Positions 26,986-37,788 are shown, counted from the stretch's first letter. The stretch is 64,000 nt of DNA from Escherichia coli (GCF_048403405.1 NZ_CP183131.1), one strand, 5' to 3'. Notes: a model not told the origin generated them from the sequence alone. Program-made: numbers and translations.

Positions 26986-27689
26986 TCAACACTCTCCAAC
27001 CATGATTTCAGGTTCTTCGGACGTCCTTTGCTGACACGACCATCCGGAGCAACCACGAACGGAACGCCCTCAATCCCAATGAAATGAGCTGTCAGCAGCG
27101 TTTGATCGTATTGGCCGGGGTCGCAGGTTTCTTTTGAAGGAAGGGAACCCAAGGTGTTGTTCATCAGCGCATCGAGCGCGTGGGTTTTGTCTTTCGCGCA
27201 GTACAAGTTCTTTGCCAAGCGGTTGGACTCAGCACCCAGAGCAGGAATCACGATAAATTTAAAGGTGTAATCATCCACCAGCGATTTGGCATCACCCATG
27301 AGCTGATGGCAAACCGCGCATCTAGGATCGACAAAGACCACCACCTCTTTGTCACCACGCCCCATCGAAACGGTGTTCAGCGTGTCCACATCCATGCCCA
27401 TGCTCTTGAAGTGGATACGCTCCGCTACATCCCTCATTTGGGACATCGTGTTGAGGGGCTTCTTGCTCCACAGGTCGTAGATTTGTCCTGAAATAACAAA
27501 TCGCCCGTTTTCAGAGAGGAACATGATCTGCCCATCACTTTGGACGGCTCGAACCCCTTTGATGGGTAGCTCTACGATGTCCTCTATCTTCGCCGCTCTG
27601 GGATCGGTGATTTCCAATTTCGATGACGCATGAGCCGTGCCGGTAATAATCCCGAACACCATCAGCGCCCCGAGTAATTTTGTCCGCAT
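26982..27689 (-). CDS. dsbC: thiol:disulfide interchange protein DsbC-like
   Basis: Signal peptide; thioredoxin-like CxxC active site (CAVC); upstream of traC. Confidence 0.8.
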   Translation of the reverse strand: MRTKLLGALMVFGIITGTAHASSKLEITDPRAAKIEDIVELPIKGVRAVQSDGQIMFLSENGRFVISGQIYDLWSKKPLNTMSQMRDVAERIHFKSMGMDVDTLNTVSMGRGDKEVVVFVDPRCAVCHQLMGDAKSLVDDYTFKFIVIPALGAESNRLAKNLYCAKDKTHALDALMNNTLGSLPSKETCDPGQYDQTLLTAHFIGIEGVPFVVAPDGRVSKGRPKNLKSWLESVE

Positions 27690-27765
27690 GTCTATCCCCT
27701 AAGATTGGATTACTGGATGCTGGGCAGTGTATCCGGGGGAGGGAAATAGACTCGCCTCTGTAATA

Positions 27766-27779
27766 GCCCAATTTGGACA
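27766..27779 (-). promoter_or_regulatory. FlhDC-family activator box (minus-sense TGTCCAAATTGGGC)
   Basis: Plus strand GCCCAATTTGGACA, reverse orientation of the 16105 box; ~80 bp upstream of dsbC. Confidence 0.5.
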
Positions 27780-27837
27780 ATTCCAGCGCGATACAAAAAA
27801 AAGCCCGGTCTGAACCGGGCTTTGAGAGGAATGAACC

Positions 27838-30800
27838 TTAGTTCATGGTAACAGCTTCGGATTTGCCACCAGAGTCATCGACCCCAACCAGAGAGATGGT
27901 CGGCATCGTTTCATAGGTGCCCTTGCTGATAGTCACTCGATCAGAGCTGATGCTCTGCAACTCACCGGCAATGGTCCATTCGTAGGACTTCATGCGGCCA
28001 TCGGTATCTTCGCAGTTCGCATAAACGATCCACGACCCAACGGTCTCTCGTGAGCTCAGGCTACATGCAGGCAACTTGTTCTCTGCCACATTGATGTTCA
28101 CCTCGCCCTCAGCTTCATGCCCCATTTCTGAGGTTATTTTCAGCTTGATGCTGTGCTCACCAGCGCCCAGAGTTGCTCTGCCGTAGTAACCGCTGCTTTC
28201 CAACGGCGTACCATCTACCGAGTAGACGCGAGTCGAAATACGGTCGCGTGGGTGGCCGCCAGAAATGTACGGTCGCAACAGCACATCCAGAGGCTCACGC
28301 TCGTATTTGTTCGAGCCAGAGTATTGCAGGTCGATAGCATAGGGCTCTGCCTGGCCGATCTTGAGCGGTTGCTCGATCACGGTTTCATGGCCGCGAGCAT
28401 CACGGACAGTCACCTTGATGTTGTAATCGCCCGGCTCATTGATCACAAAGGACCGGACAATATCCTGCCGCTGATCCTGAATCACTGCGTCTTCCGGCAA
28501 CTCCCACTCGTAGGTCGGTTCTTCCAGCTTGCCGTTGAAGGCAATTGGCCGCACTGACGCGGTGATCGTCGCAGGAGCCACGTCAGCGTTCTTCCTGACC
28601 TGCATTCCGAAGCTCGGCCATACATACTGCCACACGCGGGAGCGTAGGCTATGCGAGGCTTCTGCACCCTGATCTCGGTATCCTTCGATCCAGGTGGTGT
28701 ACTTCGTTTCTACAGTAGCCTGGTTGAGGTCAGTGTCCGAAGGCACGTACTCAGCAGTATCACCCTGCACAATTGAGCCATCAGGCAGCGTGAAGAACCC
28801 GTTCAGCTTCACGTCCATCCCACGGTAAGGCAGGCTGGTTTCGGCTTTGAACACATACTTCTTACCGGTCTCAATGACTCGCGGCCCTGTCACGTAAGGA
28901 CGGGGGGCCTTCACTGCTCGGAAGTCAACTGCCGTTTTCGCAACTTCATAGGCATAGCCGTCATCAGCCGGTGCAGTGGCAGAGCGCACACGAGCCCACA
29001 GGCGGTATCGGGTTTCTTCATCGCTCGAAAGCGTGATGCTATCCCCTGTCTGCGCGTAGGTTTTGCCACCGTCAGTAGACCACTCAACAATGGCATTGCC
29101 ACCGGAGATTGGCTCATCGTTCAACGTCAGGTTCGCTGTGTACTTGCCTTCACTTCCGACAAACAACGTGGTCGGGCCGATAACAGCAATATCAGGTTTG
29201 TCGTAAGCGACAACACTGACCGCTTCGGTGTACTTTTCCGCACCTGAGTTGACGTTCACCACCTTGGCCCGAACCTGGTACTCCCCCTTGTCGAAGGTCT
29301 TCACAAGCTGATACTTGTATCGATCTTCTGGGATGAACTGCTCCCAGGTTTTACCGTCGTCCTTACTGGTTTCCCACACAACCTGGCCGGTAGCCCGGAG
29401 ATCCTGACGGTCGTCCAAAGATAGCTTGAACACAGCAGTGAACGGAGCTTCACCAGACAACTTGCGAGCCTCCACGCCAGCACCGATGGCACCACCACGA
29501 AGCACTGTCAAGAAGGCAGGTCTGATAGACAACTCTGTGCGGTTGTAACCCTCAACAGGGCTTTCCAGAACAGCCTCAGCAGCGATACGGACGGAGGAAG
29601 TATCCACACCAGACAGGTCTACTGAGAACTGAGCTTCACCGTTCGATGCTTCCGCATAATCAGTGAGCGCAACCGTCTCGTTGTAGGCCTTTTGCTGGAT
29701 CAGGCGTACTTTCCACACCCCCATCGTGTTAGCGTCATAGTCACCATCAGGTTTGTACTGATCACGGATGAGAACCCTAACCGGCAATGCCTGGGTGTCA
29801 ATCGCGGTATCACCTTTAACTTCAACGATAGGACGGATACTGTCAGAAGGTGCAGAGATAGCCCGGTAGACAACCTCAGTCTTCACATCAGGCACCTTGT
29901 TGTAGGCCGCGTTCACCTTGTAGGTGGTCTCCTCCCACAACGCTCGCTCATCGGTATTGATGCGGCGATACACCTTATTGGTGGCACCCCATCCCGGAGT
30001 GAAGGTCTCAGACTCAAGAACATCAGAGTTGCGCGATATGGCAATATCCAGATCAGCTCGTTCAGAGTTGATAATGGCATCACCCAGGTAGTTACCTGTC
30101 ATCGGCACCAAGTAGATGTTGTCTTTGAAGTTGTAGTCGGAGGCTAGTTCAACGGTCGGAGCTGGTGGGTCAACCGCTTCGACATTGAAAGTCTCGTCGT
30201 TCAACGTCACCCGAGTGCCGTTACGGGTGAAAATACTTACCCGCCACCCCAGAGGGTGATCACCGTTCTCGGCCAGGGAACCTGACAACGAAGGAGATTC
30301 CGATAACGGGTCTTGGACCAGTCCATCGGGGATCTGCTGCCACTCGAACAGACAGGTGCGGCTTGCACTGCCAACAGCTTTGTTCGCGGCCTCGTTTTTC
30401 GCACGGTCAGCACTGAGAGTGATTGAACAATCAGGACCTTTGCTCTGCTTGAAGTTCACATCAAAGTCTTCAATGACGCGATTCACCTGAGCAATGTCAT
30501 CAATCGGGGTGTAACCAACAGAGCCATAGGCAGTAGTTACCGTCAGGTTCTGAGAGCCAGACCCAACTTTTACCTTGGAACCGTCACCACTGAACAGGTA
30601 CAGGCTGTATTCGACAGGTTGTTCACCAATGCTCACAGCCTGCCCCACCAGCCCGGCAACTTTCATCCCGTTGTTGTCCTGCGTAGTTTGTTCAGCCTCA
30701 TCCGGAGTTCTGTCCCATTGGAGCAAACACACCGGGTCACGAATTGGGTCTGCGGCCATAGCCACATCCTCTTTCGTGGTGAACCGGCAAGGCACACCCG

Positions 30801-33369
30801 ACTCTGGCAGGGCATAGATTTTCACCGGGTCAATAACCTGGCGAATTGTCCATGATTCAGCCGAGAGCTTGGCCGTCCCTTTCCAGGTATTGATGTCCAC
30901 AACCAAGATGGGTGAGTTCGGCGCGGAGGTCATGACAAGAAGACTGGAAGAGCCGACCACATCAGGAACAGCCGGTTTAACCGGAATGCTCAAACGACCA
31001 CCTGACGCACCGAAATCATGTTGGCTCATGATCCCCATTGTCTGGCCCGGCTCGATACGCACCCCATTCACCACCAGCGGCACTTTCGCATCAGAACGGA
31101 GGGTCGCAAACACGTCGTATGAACCTGTCACGACAGCACCATCACTGAGCGTCAGCGGCTTGGTCTCGATGATCCGCTTGCCATCTGCATGAACAAATTC
31201 ATGAGTGACAGCGGGGACCATAACCTTGCCATCCATCCCATCCGCCAGCATCACCTGACGCGGTTTGTACTCGAAGCCAACCGCCTTTTGAACCGCGTTG
31301 CCTTGTGCGTCCTCACCGGAAACAGTCAGCGTGTAAGATTCCCCTTCCTTCAAAGACGGGAACATTACCGGGTACTCAAGGCGGAATCGACCTTTCGACT
31401 CCTCACGCCAAGACAACTGCACCTTGTCATCGGCTGGGCCTCCGACGAGGGCAATAGAGGTCAGCTTAGGACTCGGGTCGGCAGTATCAGTCAAGGTGAT
31501 TACAACATCATCCAAAGACTGGATTGGTGCTCCATCACTGATCGATACGGTTAGTGTCGGCGCTGAATTATCTATGCTCATAGCATATTGGGAGCCAGTG
31601 AATACCTGCTTAACCTCATTACCGAAAGCATCTTTAGCTACGAGAGATATGCCGGTATATGTGCCCTCTGACAGATTCTCAGCAGAAAATGTGAAAAACC
31701 AATCATTTGTGCTACTACGAAGAACTTCAGTACGAGACAACGGACGTTCTTCGCCAGTCGAGGTTATCGCAGACGCACTTGAGTTGTTAGAAATAACCCA
31801 CTGGTTAACACCCCAACCGTCAAATGAATCAGGCTCACGGAAATGAGCTTTAAAAATCCGCCCATTTCGTTCTAACCCAGCAATTTCAGGAGGGTTAAGG
31901 TCATAGCAGAACGTTGCCCCAATCCGATCAGACGGAAGTTCAGGCTTCCCTTCCGGTCGAGACCAATATCCAGGCCATGAACATGAGCGCCCACTGAACG
32001 ATATATCCGTATCCACTTCTGCATAAGAAGCATTTGCCGGAATTTTAGTAGTAGGCAACCAAGATCCCCATAACTCCTGAGCGTAAGGTCTCGGCTCAAC
32101 ATGAAATCTCAGTTTTTTATAATGGTTAACTGAGCTCATATTAATGGTTTCACCGCGGACCCACTGACCATCATCCCTAAGATATTCAACATACTTACCG
32201 ATGGGAGCCAAGCTAACCGATGGATCAGCTTTCACACTGACGGATGTATTACCAAGAGAGTTCATAACCCAGTCGTAAATAATAAACGACTTAGTTTTTG
32301 TCCCATGTTGCTGGAATACATCAGCTTGCGTCTGCCGATAATCATATGTACCGTCTTCGGCAATGATATTGCCTTCAATACAGTTTTTATAATCACACCA
32401 GTTACCGCTTTGAGCACCGTAAGGTGAAGAAGGATAGGAGTTTGTTTTGGGTATCCGGTAGAGCACCCTGTAGGTATCGGAATAAATGGTCATTCCGTTC
32501 TGATAAGGCGCAAAACCTGATAGGGCCTGACCATTAACCTTAAAAGTTGAGGCCTGCGGGTTCTTAGGGTCATACACTGCTACTGGCTCAGGATTCTCTC
32601 CAGACTTTGCACCTACTGAATCCCAAGCAATAGGATAGGCTATTGACCCTTTGTTCCCTGCTTTATCCAGGGCCTCGAAATGAAGCGTATATAGATCCTC
32701 CCCATTAGGGAACACAGTGCTCCAGTTCAACAACTGGCCTTGGCCGTTGGCGTAATTAACCGAGACAACAGGACTCCTCTTGCCTTTGCTATCTACAGCA
32801 TACGCCTGTATAGAGGAAACCGAAGAACCGGCATCAGATGCAGACACATCTATACCTGAAAATCGGTTAGGACCTCGCAGTAGCGTTCCATCAGAAAGCG
32901 CCCGGTTCCATTCCCCTTTTACTGTCACGTTTGCCAAACTTGGCGCTGTCGTATCGACTTGAAGCGGGTATTCATCAGTCTGAACGGAACTTCCGTCTGA
33001 CGCCAGTATTTCGGCCCTTAGTTTGTAGACTCCCTCGGAAGGAGCCGGTAGTTGAAGTTCCGCACCATAGTAGGATTTTCCACCCACTGTGATGCGATCA
33101 GTAGCCCCAAGAAGGTGGCTGGTCGCTGTCGAAACCACTGTTCCATCCGACCGAATCACCGAAATCTTTACCTTTCGGTCGATACCGGCACTCAAGGCAA
33201 ACGAGATATTGCCCGTTGGGTTGGCATAGTTGGCATTCGGAGTCAGAGACCGTTGCGTACCATCTGGAGCCTTAAAGGTGTATTCCAGCAGCTCTGCATG
33301 AGCAGCACCAGCGGTAAGAACCGCCAGAGCCCCAAGCATCGCCGGAATTTTAGGCTTGAAATTGATCAT
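27838..33369 (-). CDS. giant secreted repetitive protein (1843 aa) in the T4SS cluster
   Basis: ORF track 27838..33405; start moved to MINFKP (RBS TGGAGAA); signal peptide ..LTAGAAHA; very long G/T/S/V-rich sequence; Ig-like fold is inference only. Confidence 0.7.
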   Translation of the reverse strand: MINFKPKIPAMLGALAVLTAGAAHAELLEYTFKAPDGTQRSLTPNANYANPTGNISFALSAGIDRKVKISVIRSDGTVVSTATSHLLGATDRITVGGKSYYGAELQLPAPSEGVYKLRAEILASDGSSVQTDEYPLQVDTTAPSLANVTVKGEWNRALSDGTLLRGPNRFSGIDVSASDAGSSVSSIQAYAVDSKGKRSPVVSVNYANGQGQLLNWSTVFPNGEDLYTLHFEALDKAGNKGSIAYPIAWDSVGAKSGENPEPVAVYDPKNPQASTFKVNGQALSGFAPYQNGMTIYSDTYRVLYRIPKTNSYPSSPYGAQSGNWCDYKNCIEGNIIAEDGTYDYRQTQADVFQQHGTKTKSFIIYDWVMNSLGNTSVSVKADPSVSLAPIGKYVEYLRDDGQWVRGETINMSSVNHYKKLRFHVEPRPYAQELWGSWLPTTKIPANASYAEVDTDISFSGRSCSWPGYWSRPEGKPELPSDRIGATFCYDLNPPEIAGLERNGRIFKAHFREPDSFDGWGVNQWVISNNSSASAITSTGEERPLSRTEVLRSSTNDWFFTFSAENLSEGTYTGISLVAKDAFGNEVKQVFTGSQYAMSIDNSAPTLTVSISDGAPIQSLDDVVITLTDTADPSPKLTSIALVGGPADDKVQLSWREESKGRFRLEYPVMFPSLKEGESYTLTVSGEDAQGNAVQKAVGFEYKPRQVMLADGMDGKVMVPAVTHEFVHADGKRIIETKPLTLSDGAVVTGSYDVFATLRSDAKVPLVVNGVRIEPGQTMGIMSQHDFGASGGRLSIPVKPAVPDVVGSSSLLVMTSAPNSPILVVDINTWKGTAKLSAESWTIRQVIDPVKIYALPESGVPCRFTTKEDVAMAADPIRDPVCLLQWDRTPDEAEQTTQDNNGMKVAGLVGQAVSIGEQPVEYSLYLFSGDGSKVKVGSGSQNLTVTTAYGSVGYTPIDDIAQVNRVIEDFDVNFKQSKGPDCSITLSADRAKNEAANKAVGSASRTCLFEWQQIPDGLVQDPLSESPSLSGSLAENGDHPLGWRVSIFTRNGTRVTLNDETFNVEAVDPPAPTVELASDYNFKDNIYLVPMTGNYLGDAIINSERADLDIAISRNSDVLESETFTPGWGATNKVYRRINTDERALWEETTYKVNAAYNKVPDVKTEVVYRAISAPSDSIRPIVEVKGDTAIDTQALPVRVLIRDQYKPDGDYDANTMGVWKVRLIQQKAYNETVALTDYAEASNGEAQFSVDLSGVDTSSVRIAAEAVLESPVEGYNRTELSIRPAFLTVLRGGAIGAGVEARKLSGEAPFTAVFKLSLDDRQDLRATGQVVWETSKDDGKTWEQFIPEDRYKYQLVKTFDKGEYQVRAKVVNVNSGAEKYTEAVSVVAYDKPDIAVIGPTTLFVGSEGKYTANLTLNDEPISGGNAIVEWSTDGGKTYAQTGDSITLSSDEETRYRLWARVRSATAPADDGYAYEVAKTAVDFRAVKAPRPYVTGPRVIETGKKYVFKAETSLPYRGMDVKLNGFFTLPDGSIVQGDTAEYVPSDTDLNQATVETKYTTWIEGYRDQGAEASHSLRSRVWQYVWPSFGMQVRKNADVAPATITASVRPIAFNGKLEEPTYEWELPEDAVIQDQRQDIVRSFVINEPGDYNIKVTVRDARGHETVIEQPLKIGQAEPYAIDLQYSGSNKYEREPLDVLLRPYISGGHPRDRISTRVYSVDGTPLESSGYYGRATLGAGEHSIKLKITSEMGHEAEGEVNINVAENKLPACSLSSRETVGSWIVYANCEDTDGRMKSYEWTIAGELQSISSDRVTISKGTYETMPTISLVGVDDSGGKSEAVTMN

Positions 33370-33502
33370 CGCATTCTCCATTCGTTTTGAGTTACAAGAA
33401 CCCAATGCTGGAGGTTACGGGAGGGAGTGCATAAACATGGGCTGTGGAAGTGCCCTTTTTGAGCAAATAAGGAAATAGTTGGAATTTGTTATGACTGGAC
33501 TT

Positions 33503-33538
33503 TTTGCCAAAAAATAAGGGCAGCTTTTAGGCTGCCCC
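33503..33538 (-). terminator. intrinsic terminator after pilin gene traA
   Basis: Minus-sense GGGGCAGC-CUAAAA-GCUGCCC followed by UUAUUUUUUGG. Confidence 0.7.
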
Positions 33539-33569
33539 TATCACCCGTTGATTAACGGCAAGGTGTCTT

Positions 33570-33962
33570 TTACACCCCCAGGCCATTGCTGAGTTGCACA
33601 ACAGCCGGGATGACCTTCTCTGCATGTTCCAGAGTAGCAGACATGATGGATTCCACTACGGTCGGGGAGTTGTACAGGCCCATACCGCCACCGATACCCA
33701 TAGCGAAAGCCATGAGGCTCTGGCGAGCGATACCACCAACAACACCGACCAGGATCATCGCACCCGCAACGATTCGACCCAAAGTACCTTGGGTCCAATC
33801 CTTGAGAGTTACCCATACGTCGTCAAACGCTGTACCACCAGTACCAGCGTGGGCCTGATCCGGCACGAGCAGGAAGGCTACCACCATCAACCCCAGGAAG
33901 AGGAAGAGTGCGTTGTTTTTACTTGAGGCATTCGCCAACTGATTTGCGTTCATCAAGAACAT
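33570..33962 (-). CDS. traA: F-type pilin precursor TraA
   Basis: 130 aa, long leader then hydrophobic mature region; upstream of the terminator. Confidence 0.7.
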   Translation of the reverse strand: MFLMNANQLANASSKNNALFLFLGLMVVAFLLVPDQAHAGTGGTAFDDVWVTLKDWTQGTLGRIVAGAMILVGVVGGIARQSLMAFAMGIGGGMGLYNSPTVVESIMSATLEHAEKVIPAVVQLSNGLGV

Positions 33963-33965
33963 CTC

Positions 33966-34544
33966 CTATTTGGTTGTTTCAGACTTCGGTTCGTGTTGTA
34001 CCGTTTGCAGCGGTCTCAAAACTGGCTCACTTTGCGGTGTGCCATCCCCAATCACCCACCTGCGCGGTTCGATTTCGGTATAGACATACCCTGTCACGAT
34101 GAGATCACCATTGGTGTCCTCCCAGGGAGCTACCCAAATCCGCATAACCTGTGCTGGTGTACGAATTGGAATCGGGCGATCCGGAAGACGCGGTGCGACA
34201 TAGTTGTCAATCACCGGGTCTCCGGAGCTAGATGAGTTCGCTGAAACGTTTGAGGAACCTTCGCCATCCGCTTCCGCTTTGGCCTCGACTTCCTCTGGTT
34301 TCATTGGGCGCGGGACATTTCCGTCATTGGTTGCGGCGTAAACGTCTCGCGCTGACATACACTGAACACCATTCGGCATTCCCGGACAGCTATACTCATC
34401 CTTGCCGATGTTGAACGTCGAACAGCCCGACAAAATAAGTAGCGCTGCACCCACCCCCAACATCTTTGCGGATCTTACTGCCTGTTCCTTTTGAGCCTCG
34501 CCTCTGGAACTGCCCTTTCTGGTCAAAATGTTCAAATTTTTCAT
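33966..34544 (-). CDS. traV: T4SS lipoprotein TraV
   Basis: Lipobox LILSGCS; gene order. Confidence 0.75.
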   Translation of the reverse strand: MKNLNILTRKGSSRGEAQKEQAVRSAKMLGVGAALLILSGCSTFNIGKDEYSCPGMPNGVQCMSARDVYAATNDGNVPRPMKPEEVEAKAEADGEGSSNVSANSSSSGDPVIDNYVAPRLPDRPIPIRTPAQVMRIWVAPWEDTNGDLIVTGYVYTEIEPRRWVIGDGTPQSEPVLRPLQTVQHEPKSETTK

Positions 34545-35857
34545 TTCTTGGTTCCCCCGGTGGAACGAATTTGTAGCTTGGTTCCTTTGGTCACGATGAT
34601 GTCTACCTGACGGCCAGCATCGACCTCGATAACGGGGAAGATGCCTTCGGCCATGTCGATATAGAACTGAGCGATGCGATCTAGCGCCTTACTGGCCCCC
34701 TTCACTGCTGCTCCCTGCAACATCTGGTCGGAGAACACAGACTGGTACTGGGTATTTGAGCCAGGGTTAGTGCTGACGACCGGCACAGGATTGACGTCAA
34801 AGGCTTCGGAAACGCCACCAAGGAAGCCTGCCATCAAGCTCTTGGCGATGATTTGCCCCTGCTTCGATACGACGCGACCACGGACACCGGCCTTACCGTC
34901 TTCACCCACTGCATAGGAATCCAGCTTCGCTTCTATGACCCCCCCATCATCCCGAACGCACGAGAAGGTCTCGCCACGCAGGTACGCTCGCTCTGAACTG
35001 AGATCTCCATAGCCTGAAACAATCAGGAAGCACTCACGAACATCCGCACGGAAGCGGTTAGGCAAAATAGCCTCTTTCTGAATCCTGAGGGTCGAAGGGA
35101 ACGGATCTCGACGAGCACCTTGAGATGTTGGTGCGTCCATACCGTTGATGAGCACCCCTGTCAGGATGGAGCCAGAAGGTAGGTAGATAGACTCATCATC
35201 CTTGTTGTCCTTCTCTTCAACTTCTGGCGCTTTCTGCGAGTAGCTCACTATTTGGATGCCTGGTTTAGTTGCATCACGACCGTCTCCCTTGCCAGTTGCA
35301 GGAGCCCCACCCTTCGAGTCAGGAAGCGGTGCGTCCCGAAAAAAGGATGCTGGATCTTTGTAGTCGAGCTTTTTCTCCATGAACTGACCATCACCACCAG
35401 ATGCACCATTAACATCGGCTCTGGCATCCTCTGATGAAGAGGATGTTTTTCCACCAGCAGCGCCGGTTTCGACTTTCTTAGCCAATTCCATGTTCTTCTG
35501 GGTCAGGCGGTCCAAATCTTGACGAAGGCGGGTCATCTCACGGCCAACATCACTGGATTTCCCGGCAGTGGTTTTGGTTTCCTCCAGCTCTTTCTTGACT
35601 CGTTCCAGCTCCTTTTTCAGGTCGGAGTTTTCACGAGACACCATCTTCACATCGGCAGACAACGAATCTATCCCGATCTCACGGGTGTTTTTGTCTGTGA
35701 GAACGTGCTTGATGGTTTCTTGGCGACCGCGCTTCTCTTCTTTCTTGGGTTCACCAGAGAACATTGTCACGACCGCAAAAAGAACGAAGACGCCGCCAGC
35801 GATAGACACCCAACGCTTCTTGTTGGGGTCTAACTGTGTCCAAAATCGCTTAATCAT
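34541..35857 (-). CDS. traB: T4SS protein TraB (VirB10-like)
   Basis: 438 aa, N-terminal TM, charged coiled region, conserved C-terminal domain; gene order. Confidence 0.8.
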   Translation of the reverse strand: MIKRFWTQLDPNKKRWVSIAGGVFVLFAVVTMFSGEPKKEEKRGRQETIKHVLTDKNTREIGIDSLSADVKMVSRENSDLKKELERVKKELEETKTTAGKSSDVGREMTRLRQDLDRLTQKNMELAKKVETGAAGGKTSSSSEDARADVNGASGGDGQFMEKKLDYKDPASFFRDAPLPDSKGGAPATGKGDGRDATKPGIQIVSYSQKAPEVEEKDNKDDESIYLPSGSILTGVLINGMDAPTSQGARRDPFPSTLRIQKEAILPNRFRADVRECFLIVSGYGDLSSERAYLRGETFSCVRDDGGVIEAKLDSYAVGEDGKAGVRGRVVSKQGQIIAKSLMAGFLGGVSEAFDVNPVPVVSTNPGSNTQYQSVFSDQMLQGAAVKGASKALDRIAQFYIDMAEGIFPVIEVDAGRQVDIIVTKGTKLQIRSTGGTKK

Positions 35858-36771
35858 TGGGCACCTCCCAGCAGCGATGGACGCTTAGACGTTGGTGCGA
35901 GACCACGCTTCTGCTTCTTCGCCACATAGATCTCCGTCTTCTGGCCGGGCTCAAGCACGTTAAGCGGCCACGTAGTCACCGCAGCCACATCCCAGCTCCC
36001 ACACAACGCCTCTTTGAACTCAATAGGCTGATCAGAGACGTTCAGGGCGACACCGATGAACACGTTAAGGTGGTGGCCCATCATGTATTGCCCCTTGCTA
36101 AAATCCACCTTTACCCCAGGATGAGCGCAGCTCGGCACCGCAGCACCAGCAGGGATGCGGTTCAACGTGTAACCTTGAGGGACTTCACCAAGAGCAATCT
36201 TTCGGAATACTGACCGGATGGTTTCGACATAAGGCTGGCTCTGTTCCCAGGTCTCAGCCTTGGTATTGGCAAAAGCACCAGTGATACCTACACCACCATC
36301 GAGCTTGAGAAAGACTTCTCTGGGCGGAATACGACGGGGAACCATCGTCAGGCTGAGAGCTTGGGCTTCCGAGCCTTTTTCAGTAATGAACATAGTCACC
36401 GGATACTGCTTATCCGTGGCGACATAGACCACATTCTCTTTGATGCAGACCTCACCACACTGGCCGTTATCCGTCGCCCCGGTCAGAGATGTTGAAACGA
36501 TCTCAGGATTGCTGAAAGGCGTGACGATTCGGTTCGGATGACCAACGGCTATCGGGATGATCTGGTTAACCCCCGGCTTCATCGTCAGTAAGGGGTTTTC
36601 ATTCATGCTGCCCACAACCTCATGGGAGCTTTGTCCTGACGTCACAGGGGCAGGAACATCCTTTTTCATAACACTGGCCGGGACAACAGGAATGTCATCC
36701 GAGGCATAGGCCATTGAAGTTCCAAGCGCCAAGGACAGCGCCAGGAGCGAAAGTTTAGCGTTGTTCTTCAT
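35854..36771 (-). CDS. traK: T4SS protein TraK (VirB9/secretin-like)
   Basis: Signal peptide; gene order. Confidence 0.75.
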   Translation of the reverse strand: MKNNAKLSLLALSLALGTSMAYASDDIPVVPASVMKKDVPAPVTSGQSSHEVVGSMNENPLLTMKPGVNQIIPIAVGHPNRIVTPFSNPEIVSTSLTGATDNGQCGEVCIKENVVYVATDKQYPVTMFITEKGSEAQALSLTMVPRRIPPREVFLKLDGGVGITGAFANTKAETWEQSQPYVETIRSVFRKIALGEVPQGYTLNRIPAGAAVPSCAHPGVKVDFSKGQYMMGHHLNVFIGVALNVSDQPIEFKEALCGSWDVAAVTTWPLNVLEPGQKTEIYVAKKQKRGLAPTSKRPSLLGGAQ

Positions 36772-37381
36772 GCTTTCTCCGGTTTTCTTCTTTGCGCTGG
36801 AGTTGCTCCAAAACAGTTTTGGTGCGTGGCTTTCCTACATAGGTGTCGATGTAGTCCAGCACGGGCGCGTAGTTTGAAATCTTGATGGCGAACTCGTAGG
36901 AGCGTTCGCTACGCTCTTCGTTAGAAGAAGCCCCTTTGACGTAGGAATATCCGTAGACAAACACCTTGTCGCTCTTGGGCTCGTACTCAACAAAACGCGG
37001 CTCAAACCGCATGGTTACGCGGTCGTTCTTGATCTGTTGAGCTTGAATTTCGATGGCATCAATCACGTCCTGATAGATGCTCGGGGAGAGAAGCGGGGTG
37101 ATCCGTTCTTTCACAAAGTCAACGGTTCCTGGCGTCACATTGCCAAGGAGCTGAGCAAAAGCGAAACCCCAAGCCTCTTTATAGGACTGAGAGGCGTTAT
37201 TTTTCGTCACCCAGGCTTCTTCCGTGAGCGTGAAAGGCTGGATAGTGACGATGGTTTCCTTGCTGAATACTTGGACCACCAGCAGGAAAACGATAGCAAT
37301 AAGACCACCCTGGAAGATTCGTCCCCACTTATTTTCTGTTTGGGTCCCTTCCCAGGTCTTGAGATACTTTTTCAGGTTCAA
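36755..37381 (-). CDS. traE: T4SS protein TraE (VirB8-like)
   Basis: Single N-terminal TM, 208 aa; gene order. Confidence 0.75.
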   Translation of the reverse strand: MNLKKYLKTWEGTQTENKWGRIFQGGLIAIVFLLVVQVFSKETIVTIQPFTLTEEAWVTKNNASQSYKEAWGFAFAQLLGNVTPGTVDFVKERITPLLSPSIYQDVIDAIEIQAQQIKNDRVTMRFEPRFVEYEPKSDKVFVYGYSYVKGASSNEERSERSYEFAIKISNYAPVLDYIDTYVGKPRTKTVLEQLQRKEENRRKHEEQR

Positions 37382-37659
37382 GGCAAATACCTCCGGACAA
37401 ACGGATTCTTGAGAGATTTGGCCTTGGTCATGATGAACCCGGCCCAGTAGATCATGTGGAGCAGGTATCCATCCGGATGGTTATCCCTGAATCGGCGATA
37501 AAGGTTGGTTACAAGTAACCCCCCCAGAAAGCAGATCAGGGCCTTACCGATGATGACCCCTATCGTTAGCCCCAAAAGCATCGGGGCCAACTCATCTGCG
37601 CTCCACAACAGCAGATGCGGGGGCTCATCGACCCGGCGCGGTATCTTTACAGGCTTCAT
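37378..37659 (-). CDS. traL: T4SS protein TraL (VirB3-like)
   Basis: 93 aa membrane protein; first gene of traLEKBVA. Confidence 0.75.
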   Translation of the reverse strand: MKPVKIPRRVDEPPHLLLWSADELAPMLLGLTIGVIIGKALICFLGGLLVTNLYRRFRDNHPDGYLLHMIYWAGFIMTKAKSLKNPFVRRYLP

Positions 37660-37727
37660 AGCAACCCTCTTCTTTTCCTAGTGGCCTGTATTCTCATTCA
37701 GGGTCACTGATTTTCTGCCACGGCTTC

Positions 37728-37744
37728 GCGCCCTTTTCGGGCAC
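37728..37744. promoter_or_regulatory. FlhDC-family activator box GCGCCCTTTTCGGGCAC upstream of traL
   Basis: ~70-85 bp upstream of traL start. Confidence 0.5.
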
Positions 37745-37756
37745 TTCCAGCGACAA

Positions 37757-37788
37757 ATAAAAAAAGGCGGCCTAAGCCGCCTTTTTTG
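37757..37788. terminator. bidirectional intrinsic terminator
   Basis: A9-GGCGGC-CTAA-GCCGCC-T6. Confidence 0.7.
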
